From: a virus
Taxonomy: Duplodnaviria > Caudoviricetes
Virus record (IMG/VR): IMGVR_UViG_3300050161_000042
Span: 24,494 to 88,493 of that record
Direction: 5' to 3' (one strand)
Length of the DNA: 64,000 bases
A program made the translations under genes and the position numbers. The notes under the pieces are model-generated. The model was not told the origin of the DNA. It did not search any database and worked only from the letters and a program-made list of their open reading frames with translations. Shown in pieces: positions 28,355-37,300 of the stretch; the stretch's first letter is position 1, and each line of letters starts with the position of its first letter.

Positions 28355-28355
28355 A

Positions 28356-28364
28356 GTGTATAGT
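28356..28364 (+). promoter_or_regulatory. Variant late promoter motif GTGTATAGT
   Basis: One mismatch to the consensus, in the 42-nt gap before 28397. Confidence 0.5.
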
Positions 28365-28396
28365 AGTTTTAGATTATAATGACTAAGAGGTAAATT

Positions 28397-28612
28397 ATGA
28401 GCCAAAAATTCGCAAAAAACCAAACTGCACACCCAACTAGCTATAACAAGACTTTTAATGGTTCTATTGTTATTGGTTCTGGTAAAGGCAGAAACGTAGT
28501 AGATCAATTTTCAGACGAGAAAGTTGTAGCACATCCAAAAACAAATTCGCCCATTGCCACATCGACTAGACCAGTTTCTATTCCTGCCGGTAGTGGAGTG
28601 TATCTCGTATAG
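28397..28612 (+). CDS. Small hypothetical protein
   Basis: 71 aa, GAGG RBS, promoter motif upstream. Confidence 0.6.
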   Translation: MSQKFAKNQTAHPTSYNKTFNGSIVIGSGKGRNVVDQFSDEKVVAHPKTNSPIATSTRPVSIPAGSGVYLV

Positions 28613-28782
28613 AATCTATTAGATTCACTTGATAACAACGGTTATATCCTTGATAGAACCGCTCTTGTATCGAAGTTCAATCCAATTGATTCTTGGGACT
28701 TCCAACCTAACATGTCTTATTTATAGCAGAAAGTTGCCCCAAAAGTAATTCCAATTTATTCTTTCTTTAAAAGATTTGAAAA

Positions 28783-29268
28783 ATGACCAGAATACCAGAC
28801 GACACAGTTCAAGAGCTATTCGATGAATGGAAAGAACTCGCTGACCAGACATACGAGTTGTTCGGCGTAGAGTGTTCCGTCTTTTATCCTAAAAAAGTTT
28901 CGGTTTCCGCCCCACAGTTGAACCAGAACACATTTCCTTTAAATTCAATAAACGGCAAACGAACGAACGGAAACCCCTCTAGCTATCAGGGGCAGGTTTT
29001 CAATGAAGAACAGGTCAAAGATTGCATAAGGGTCAAGTTATATTGGAATCCAAGAGAATGGACAAAGATATTCGGATTGACCGCCATACCTGATGGTAGC
29101 ATTGTTGTACTGTGTAAGATGGAAGATGCCATAAAGATCAACAGTGCAGAAAGAATAGAGTACAACGATCAAACTAACACACACACTTTTTCTAGAACAG
29201 GAAGAGTGATACCATACGGATTCAAAAAGAAAGACTATGGTTATTGCATATGGAAACTTGAATCGTGA
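28783..29268 (+). CDS. Putative head-closure/stopper (neck) protein
   Basis: 161 aa; first of three genes before the tail tube. Beta-rich pattern fits neck proteins. Call is positional. Confidence 0.4.
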   Translation: MTRIPDDTVQELFDEWKELADQTYELFGVECSVFYPKKVSVSAPQLNQNTFPLNSINGKRTNGNPSSYQGQVFNEEQVKDCIRVKLYWNPREWTKIFGLTAIPDGSIVVLCKMEDAIKINSAERIEYNDQTNTHTFSRTGRVIPYGFKKKDYGYCIWKLES

Positions 29269-29909
29269 AAATAACCGTAAAAGTAAAGACAACCCAACGT
29301 GTTATTATAGATAAAATCAAAGAGTCTATTGCCTCTTTTTTCAATAAAAAATTTGCCCGTAAAAATTCCGCTATTAAGTCAAAAGTTAAGATTCTTATTT
29401 ATGGTTGGGTTAAACAACAACCAGAAATGCAAGACATATTAGAAGGAAGATATGGAAGACTTGGACCACAGTTCGGTATTCCAGATGGAAGCAATGATGA
29501 GATAGTAGAAGCTATTTGCCGAGCAGCATCAGAATCTTTCTCGATAGAAGTAAATAGTGTCAACAAGAATTTAGTGGGCGGGGTTTACTTAAACTTCATA
29601 CCAGATGATTTTGAAAGGTTTTTGGGGATTCCCGAAGGTCACGTTTATACGGAAAACGGTGGAGATCTTCACTGGTTAGATTGGTTGCTTACAAAAGGTT
29701 ATGCAACAGTTATTGATGGATACAGTTTCTTATTAAAACTTGATGCCCCTGGAAGTAGATCTAAGGGTGGTATTATGATAGAAAGAGGCGTATGGAGAGT
29801 TCCTCCAGAATTTGCCGGAACTGCTGAAAATAATTTTATTACTAGGGCGATTACATCCCCAGGTAACGAATCAGAACTTAAACGTATCTTAGAAGAGTAT
29901 TTAGACTAA
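29265..29909 (+). CDS. Putative neck/tail-completion protein (GTG start)
   Basis: 214 aa between the putative stopper and terminator. Call is positional. Confidence 0.4.
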   Translation: MKITVKVKTTQRVIIDKIKESIASFFNKKFARKNSAIKSKVKILIYGWVKQQPEMQDILEGRYGRLGPQFGIPDGSNDEIVEAICRAASESFSIEVNSVNKNLVGGVYLNFIPDDFERFLGIPEGHVYTENGGDLHWLDWLLTKGYATVIDGYSFLLKLDAPGSRSKGGIMIERGVWRVPPEFAGTAENNFITRAITSPGNESELKRILEEYLD

Positions 29910-30808
29910 TGTTAGGCGAAAGTGTTTTCAACTTGAAAGGTTTTAGTAGTGTTTTTAACACAACAATAACCAACGAAATCGCTGATAACTTGGTTGAGTT
30001 TTTTGATTGGGGATTGCTTAACAAGGGCAACTTCTTCAATGTAAATCTCAATGAAGATGATAGTCTTTTAAAAGTTGTTGAAAATCCTAATTTTGTATAT
30101 GGTCAAGTTTGGAGAGGTAATCATCCTAACTGGATTTGGCAGAGCGGAGTAGATTTCAACGGAGCTTCTCCCTTGTTAGTAACTGGTATTTATGTAGATG
30201 ATGTATTCTATCCTTCGAATACAACTGGTACTTATAGTCATTACATAGATTATAGAAATGGGTGCGTGATATTCAATGACGCAATTAACTCGACTAGTAA
30301 AGTTCAGGTAGAACACAGCTATAAATGGATCAATGTGGAATACTCAGAATCTAACTATTTGAGAACTATAACGGCAAACCCAAACGAAGAAAATTTTCCC
30401 GAACTTATAGCTAAACTGCCCATTATAGCTATAGAGCCATTAGCTGATAGAAAGCATTCTGGATATCAACTTGGTGGTGGACAAATACTAAAAACAACAG
30501 TTTTGTTCCATTGTATTGCAGAAAATGATACAACCGGAAACATATTGTTGGATATAGTCTCCTTTCAGAATGACAAATCTATCTACTTTTTCAACAGTAC
30601 ACAGATAGCCCAAAACGGTGATTTCCCTATAGATTATAGGGGTATGCCGATTCCTGGGGCTTTAAATTACAAGGAATTAGTAACGCAGTATCCTAGCTAC
30701 CTAGCTAGATTCAGTAATGTTTCATTAACAAAGAGTCAAACAAAAAACAATTCGATTTTTGCCGGTGTCGTAAAGTTTACCGTCGAGCTTGTCAAGCTAA
30801 GTATTTAA
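29909..30808 (+). CDS. Putative tail terminator protein
   Basis: 299 aa immediately before the tail tube. LPIIAIE...GYQLGG...VLFHCIAE...NILLDI pattern resembles tail terminators. Confidence 0.45.
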   Translation: MLGESVFNLKGFSSVFNTTITNEIADNLVEFFDWGLLNKGNFFNVNLNEDDSLLKVVENPNFVYGQVWRGNHPNWIWQSGVDFNGASPLLVTGIYVDDVFYPSNTTGTYSHYIDYRNGCVIFNDAINSTSKVQVEHSYKWINVEYSESNYLRTITANPNEENFPELIAKLPIIAIEPLADRKHSGYQLGGGQILKTTVLFHCIAENDTTGNILLDIVSFQNDKSIYFFNSTQIAQNGDFPIDYRGMPIPGALNYKELVTQYPSYLARFSNVSLTKSQTKNNSIFAGVVKFTVELVKLSI

Positions 30809-30816
30809 CGTTTTTT

Positions 30817-30825
30817 GTGTATAAT
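30817..30825 (+). promoter_or_regulatory. Putative late promoter motif GTGTATAAT
   Basis: Exact 9-mer in the gap before the tail tube gene, whose GGGAG RBS follows. Confidence 0.7.
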
Positions 30826-30859
30826 TAATTGATGTAAGTAAATCTAAGGGAGATAAAAA

Positions 30860-32050
30860 ATGTCTGAAAACAATAGAATATATTATGCTTGTCAAGTTGT
30901 TGGTATCAAACCATGCTTAACGGCAGCCGCAGTTACACCAGTTCACGGTGTACAGAATATCGGTATCAATACAAGTTTCAATCTAGAACAAGCTTTTGAG
31001 CTTGGTATGGTTCAAATCTACGAAAACATCGAAAATCTTCCAGAAGTAGAAGTTACTATGGAAAAGGTTTTAGATGGATATCCACTTCTTTACCACTTGG
31101 CAACACCAACAGCTTCAAACGCTGGTCTTGTTTCTAGATCGAAAGAAAAGTGCTGCATAAGTCTTGGGATTTACCCAGAAGATAAAGACGCAGTTAGTGG
31201 TATTGCTCCTGTAGAAGTTTATCTTTCTGGAATGTATGTAAGTCAACTTTCTTATACAATGCCTGTAGAAGGAAATTGCACAGAGTCTATTACTGTAATT
31301 GGTAACAACAAGAGATGGTTTACAGAAGCAAGCGGAAACCCAGTTGGGTTTACTGGTGCTTCGATTGACTTGGTTAGTGAATTCAAGATCGATCCAGACA
31401 CTGGTGCTGGTGGAGATTATCCTCTTGCTCTTGATACTGGTGCTGGTGGAACTATAGCCTTTAGAGGCGGTATCCAAAGAAGAGAAAATGTTAGACTTGA
31501 TAAGTCAGTTCTCCCAACTTCTATTTACGGTGTAAGTGGTGGTGGTTCTGGTAATGCTTATATCGGAGTTTATGGTTCTGGTGGTGCTCCAAGAGTACAC
31601 TTACAGAATATCTCGATCTCTACAAGCACAGGAAGAGAAGACTTGCTAGAACTTGGAAGCAAAGGTCCATACTACAAGGCTGCTACTTTCCCAATTGAAG
31701 TATCTACAGAAATCGAAGCTATTTCGACATCCGGAGACTTTATCAATGCTTACCAATACGGTGACCCCGCCCTAAGAGGTACTAAGGACGTAGGTAACAA
31801 CACAAGAGAAGAAAAGATTTTCATCAGAATCAATGATGGTACTTGCTTCGACCTTGGAAGAAGAAACAGACTACAATCAGTAAACTACGGTGGTGGTGAT
31901 GCTGGTGGTGGTAATGTGAGTCTAAAGTATAGCTATGTTAACTATAATGATCTTAGAGTATTGCATCCAGAAGATCCTGCTCTTGGAAACTACACAGCAG
32001 CAGAAACTGCCCTTGTAGATGTAACAAGCCTAGGCGATACAAAAGAATAA
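30860..32050 (+). CDS. Major tail (tube) protein
   Basis: GVQNIGINTSFNLEQAFELG...YENIE.LPEVEVT.EK tube-type hairpin. Capsid-like codon bias. Lies upstream of chaperones and tape measure. Confidence 0.7.
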   Translation: MSENNRIYYACQVVGIKPCLTAAAVTPVHGVQNIGINTSFNLEQAFELGMVQIYENIENLPEVEVTMEKVLDGYPLLYHLATPTASNAGLVSRSKEKCCISLGIYPEDKDAVSGIAPVEVYLSGMYVSQLSYTMPVEGNCTESITVIGNNKRWFTEASGNPVGFTGASIDLVSEFKIDPDTGAGGDYPLALDTGAGGTIAFRGGIQRRENVRLDKSVLPTSIYGVSGGGSGNAYIGVYGSGGAPRVHLQNISISTSTGREDLLELGSKGPYYKAATFPIEVSTEIEAISTSGDFINAYQYGDPALRGTKDVGNNTREEKIFIRINDGTCFDLGRRNRLQSVNYGGGDAGGGNVSLKYSYVNYNDLRVLHPEDPALGNYTAAETALVDVTSLGDTKE

Positions 32051-32119
32051 TTAGGTTAATAGGATATTTAAAAGGACTCAAAAATATGAAACAAAAACAA
32101 CTCCCTTTTGAGGTTTATT

Positions 32120-33142
32120 ATGGACCATAACGAAAGGGAGTTTTTTCTTTATAGGATCATGTCGGGCGTTGCAAAGTGTTCTGTATTTGGAAGAGAATTA
32201 CTTGTATTTCCGCCCACAAAAGAAATTTATAGAGATGCATGTGAACACTATCAAACTGTCTATATGGAATTTATGAATGAGTCTGTAATGACCCAAGAAG
32301 AAATGCTAGAAAAGATGATGGAATTGGATATGTGGTCATGGAATCAAGATAAAGACATGGAGAATGTAAAAACATTTATTGATGATACAAAACTTCTAGC
32401 TTATGAAAATAGATCAGACAGATCAAAGCTTAGACAGTTAAAAAACTCTATATTTTTAGCTACCGAAAGATATGAAGAATATCACAAGAAAAAACACATA
32501 TACTTTCATAAAACATGTGAGGGCATGGCGAGCAAAGAGAAATTGCTATACATCATAAAAAGATGCACGTATACAAGAAGCAATAAGAAATTCTTATTTA
32601 AATCTATCTCCCCAAGTCAGCTTATTTATGATTACAATCAGTTTCACTCAATAGATGAATCGGTCATTAGAGACTTAGCAAGAAATGAACCCTGGAGACT
32701 AAATTGGTCTATTAGGGAAAATTCTAACAAACCGCTTATTTTCTATCCAGACCTAGAATTGACCAATAATCAGAAATCTTTGATAGCTTGGTCCCAAACA
32801 TATGACAATGTGTATGAATCTATAGATGCTCCACACGAAGACGTAGTACAAGATGATGTTCTCTTGGACGGTTGGTTTATTAAACAATCGAAGACAAGAA
32901 AGCAAAAAGCTGGTCAGGAAGACCTAGATAAATCGATTGTAAATTCAAAAATCAGAAATTCACAAGAGATTTACAAAGTAGTTGGAAACGACAGAGAGGC
33001 TGCAAAGAAGGTAGAAAGCCTTAATAGCCCATTCGCTTCCATGATAAAGAAACAAAGAGAAAGTCTTATTAATTCAAGAGGCTCAATAGAGCAACAAGAC
33101 TTACTAGATGAAAGATTAAAAGCTTCACAACAAGTTAAATAG
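32120..33142 (+). CDS. Tail assembly chaperone-like protein A
   Basis: ATG at 32120 follows GAGG (ORF track uses TTG 32108). Lies between tube and tape measure. N-half is paralogous to the 33517 ORF. Confidence 0.5.
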   Translation: MDHNEREFFLYRIMSGVAKCSVFGRELLVFPPTKEIYRDACEHYQTVYMEFMNESVMTQEEMLEKMMELDMWSWNQDKDMENVKTFIDDTKLLAYENRSDRSKLRQLKNSIFLATERYEEYHKKKHIYFHKTCEGMASKEKLLYIIKRCTYTRSNKKFLFKSISPSQLIYDYNQFHSIDESVIRDLARNEPWRLNWSIRENSNKPLIFYPDLELTNNQKSLIAWSQTYDNVYESIDAPHEDVVQDDVLLDGWFIKQSKTRKQKAGQEDLDKSIVNSKIRNSQEIYKVVGNDREAAKKVESLNSPFASMIKKQRESLINSRGSIEQQDLLDERLKASQQVK

Positions 33143-33155
33143 AGGAAATGACGGA

Positions 33156-33524
33156 ATGGACGATTTTGAAAAAAATAGAGAGATTCTTGGTGACTACAAG
33201 AATCGAAGAGAAGAAGTCCTAAAGAATGATGGTCAGAAAAGTTTATCAGACACTATTGTAAAGAAACTCAAAACAACCATGATTGGGTCTATAAGTTCTA
33301 TAGAGAACCATCTTGGATTTTTATGGGGTCACGATAGCGATCAAGAACTTACAGAAGACCAATTGATTCTTAAGGATCTTTTTCAACAAGTCAGAACAGA
33401 GATTTTGGATAAGGGTAATGCACAATCAAGAAACATAGATTCTGAATTGGCCCAATACGAAATAAAGAAGAAGAGATTTAATTTAGTTTTACCAGTTAAG
33501 ATAGGAAAAAAAGGAAATGAGTAA
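33156..33524 (+). CDS. Hypothetical protein
   Basis: 122-aa helical ORF with GAGGA upstream, overlapping the next start. Confidence 0.6.
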   Translation: MDDFEKNREILGDYKNRREEVLKNDGQKSLSDTIVKKLKTTMIGSISSIENHLGFLWGHDSDQELTEDQLILKDLFQQVRTEILDKGNAQSRNIDSELAQYEIKKKRFNLVLPVKIGKKGNE

Positions 33525-34371
33525 AGTAGAAATTGTTGTAAACGATAAGAAGTACATTGTAAGAACACCAAACGACAGAGTAATCAGAGAAGCGGACTCA
33601 ATCGAGTCGGTAGAATTTACTAAGTGCGTTGACAATGATGTTAAGACAAAAGTTCAAATGAAAGACCTTCTAAAAGCCAAAGGTATTTGGACCGACGCAA
33701 AAGAGAACAAAGAAAAGGAGATAGTAAAAGAAATCAATAGGATTGAACTATCTCTATACAAGGGCGATGGAAGTGGTAAGAAAACAACCATCAAAGAGGG
33801 CGTAGATAAAGCTCTTAAGATCAAGGATCTAAGAGATGAATACATGGCTCTAATCAGAGAAAGACAAAGCTATGAAGCTAATACGGCAGAATCTATCGCG
33901 AGCAACGCAAGGTTTGATTACTTTGTTGCTAGCTGTGTGTTTAATGAGAATGGCACAAGAGTATACAAGAGCTACGACGACTATCAAGAAAAATCATCTG
34001 ATGACGTTGCGTTTAAGGCAGCAGAAGCGTTAGCTAAGTTGCTCTATTCTATTGAAGAAGACTTCGCCAAGAAACTTCCCGAAAATGTATGGCTATCTAG
34101 ATTTGGTCTTGTTGATGACAAGCTAAGGCTTATCGATAAGAAGGGTAAATTCCTTGTCGATAGAGATGGCAAAAGGGTTAATGAACTTGGTCACTACATT
34201 GACGATCAAGGAAACAGAACAGATAGAGACGGAAACCCTCTGGACGCAGACGGAAACTACACTATCGAAGCACTATATGTAGATGAAGATGGGAATGACG
34301 TTCTTCCTGTAGTAGAAGAAAAGAAAGAAGAAACTACAGATAAGCAAGAAGAAGTTCCCGTAGAAGATTAA
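33517..34371 (+). CDS. Tail assembly chaperone-like protein B
   Basis: 284 aa directly before the tape measure. Helical, with C-terminal D.DG hairpin repeats and an acidic tail. Confidence 0.55.
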   Translation: MSKVEIVVNDKKYIVRTPNDRVIREADSIESVEFTKCVDNDVKTKVQMKDLLKAKGIWTDAKENKEKEIVKEINRIELSLYKGDGSGKKTTIKEGVDKALKIKDLRDEYMALIRERQSYEANTAESIASNARFDYFVASCVFNENGTRVYKSYDDYQEKSSDDVAFKAAEALAKLLYSIEEDFAKKLPENVWLSRFGLVDDKLRLIDKKGKFLVDRDGKRVNELGHYIDDQGNRTDRDGNPLDADGNYTIEALYVDEDGNDVLPVVEEKKEETTDKQEEVPVED

Positions 34372-34395
34372 TCTTTTTTCTTTCGAGAGTTTTAA

Positions 34396-37300
34396 ATGGC
34401 AAAATTTGTCTATAGCTTACAATTACAAATGAGAGAACCAGCGGAACTGGGCAAGATAGTTAGAAATATCGAGTCCCAGTTTTCTGGCATTGATGCTACT
34501 GTAAAAGTAAATGTAAAATCTCAGGGCGTTGCCTCTACAATAAGACAAGTAAAGGAATTGAAACAAGCTACCGCAGAAGCTAATAACACTGCGGAAGCTT
34601 TAGCTAAAACCTTTGCTATCTCGTTTAAGAGATTCGTAACGTTCTCGTTAGCTACTAGAACCGTAGGTGCATTTACCTCTGGTCTATCTAGTGCTTTCAA
34701 TGAAGCTATAGACTTTGAAAAGCAAATGGTTAGAGTATCTCAGGTTACAGGGAAAACTCTTCCTGATTTACGAGACCTTAATAAAGAAATTACAAGACTA
34801 GCAGTTGGTCTTGGGGTTTCATCTAAGACTCTTTTGGATGTATCTTTAACTTTAGCTCAAGCGGGTTTTAGTGCAAACGATACTAAAGTCGCCCTTGAAG
34901 CTTTAGCTAAAACAGAACTAGCTCCAACATTCACAGATATCAAGAAGACTACAGAAGGTGCTATTGCCCTTTTCAATCAGTTTGGTGAAGGTGCTGGTGC
35001 CCTAGCTGGACAGTTGGGTGCTATTAATAAAGTGTCTGCCGACTTCGCGGTAGAATCTGATGACTTAATTGACGTAGTTAGAAGAGTAGGTGGTGTTTTC
35101 AAAGCTTCGGGTGGTAGTCTAAATGAACTATTAGCTATCTTCACATCTGTAAGAGCTACAACAAGAGAATCTGCTGAATCTATTGGTACAGCTTTAAAGA
35201 CCATTTTTGTTAGAATTCAAAGACCTCAAACACTTGAGTATCTAAAGAAACTTGGTGTTGATCTAAAAGACGTAGAAGGTAAGTTCGTCGGCCCGCTGAA
35301 AGCCACTCAATTACTTAATGAAGCTTTTGGTAAGTTAGAGCAGGGTGATCCTAAGTTCATTCAGATTGCCGAAGAACTTGGTGGATACAGACAGATTGGT
35401 AAAGTTATTCCTTTGCTACAGCAATATGCTATTGCCGAAAAGGCATTACAGTCTGCTAAGAAGGGTGCCGGAAGCTTAGACTCTGATGCTGCTAAGGCTC
35501 AAGAAACATTAGCGAACAAGATTGTTAAAGTAAAAGAAGAGTTCGAAGCCCTTGTTAGATCTATCTATGAAAGCCCAGTCTTCCAGACTATGGCTAATTC
35601 TTCTCTACAGTTTGCCTCTTCTCTATTAAAGGTAGCTAGTGCCCTTAAAGATATTATTCCACTTATAGGGATTTTTGCGACACTTAAGATTGCAAAGACC
35701 GCAGGTTCATTCTTAGGAAGCTTTGGTAGAAATCTAAAGAATCCACAAGGATTTGCCGAAGGTGGTCCTGTTCCTGGGGCTGGAAATAAAGACTCAGTAC
35801 CAGCTATGCTTATGCCTGGGGAGTTTGTTCTTAATAAGAAAGCCGTTTCTAAGATAGGAATGGGCAGACTTAACTCTATGAATAACGGCGGAACACCAGA
35901 TACAAAAGATGGAGTTCAATACTTCGCAGATGGTGGTTTCGTAACTAACAAGAAAAAGAGAGTCGGTGGATTCTTCTTGGCTGGAACTAAATCTGGTAAA
36001 GCTAGTTCAAACTATGTCTTTGATAATGATATTGTTAGAAAAGATAAAGATAAACAAACTCATAGACTTTTTGCCGGTTCTGATATAGACACATTCGTAT
36101 TATCAAGAGACGATGTTCAAAAAAATGAGAACATTGTTGGTATGATAAAAGATGACGTAAAGCAAAATGTTTTACCTATGGTAAATGCTATTACTAAAAC
36201 TTTGTCTAAACAACTTAATATGAAACCTATCATAACACCAGATACGGCTGAGATGTTAGGTGTAGAAAAGAATCTAGTAAATGACTCTGGCTTAATCTCT
36301 ACTATCACTGGATATATGACAGAAGGGGCGTATCACGCTCTTACAGGATTACCAAGACAGGGTGGTAATTCTACTTTTGACTTTTTGTTCAAAGATATTT
36401 CTAGTGAGACAAAAGAAAAACTAGCTGAACTTTTCTCAGAGCCAGTATCTAAATTTGACAACCTAACTCACATTGATGCTAAGCCATATCTTGATGCTAA
36501 GCAAACAAAAGAGATAGGGCAAAAAATGATTAGATCAGCTACTGATGAAGCTGGTAAAGCTGAAAGTGTTATAAGCACTGGTACATTGACATTCAAAAAA
36601 GACAGAGCTAATTCAGATCCGGCTTCTTTACTTCCTTATTCTAGAGATATTAAGGAAAAGCCTAAAAATACTCAAGGCGATCTTAGATCAAAGCTTGAGT
36701 CAAAAGGTCTTGGAGCAAGAGAAATCAATACTGTTCTGTCTAGATTAGAAAACAAAGACACTTCATATTCTAAAACATTGAATTCCGCCCTAAAAAGATT
36801 GGGTGTTAGTTCTATAAATGATGTTCTTAATTTCAATACTGGTGGTTCTGTTCCTGGTGTTGGAAATAAAGACAGCGTTCCTGCTATGTTAACTCCTGGT
36901 GAGTTTGTATTAAATAAGAAAGCCGTAAAAAAATACGGTATGTCTAAACTTATGCAAATGAATGGTGGAGCTATAGGCAAGAGTAAAGATGGTATTCAAC
37001 ATTTTTCTACTGGTGGTCCAGTAGATCCATTTAGTGCTTTCAAAGTTACTGAAAAGAAAGAAGAAAAGTCGTCTGGTGGATTGTTAGGTGGTGAAGTAAG
37101 TAAGACTACACAAGCTTTGTTTGGATTAGGAGCAACAGCTTCTGTTCTTTCACAGTCTCTTAGTGCTGTTATCGATCCAGCTAGTGCATTAGGGCAAGGT
37201 TTGTCAGTAGCTTCGACATTAGCTATTCAGTTTGGTACTAGCTTTGGTCTATTCAAAATTGGTCTAGAAAAAGCTAAGGGTGGTATTCAGCAATTTACTG

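Noticed and set aside
30786-30816. AGCTT-gtc-AAGCT hairpin before a T-run as a terminator
   Set aside because: Only a 5-bp AT-containing stem inside a coding region, separated from the T-run.
33504-33524. A AAA AAA G as a -1 chaperone frameshift site
   Set aside because: The next ORF (33517) is in the +1, not -1, frame, and the A-run doubles as the RBS context (AAGGA).
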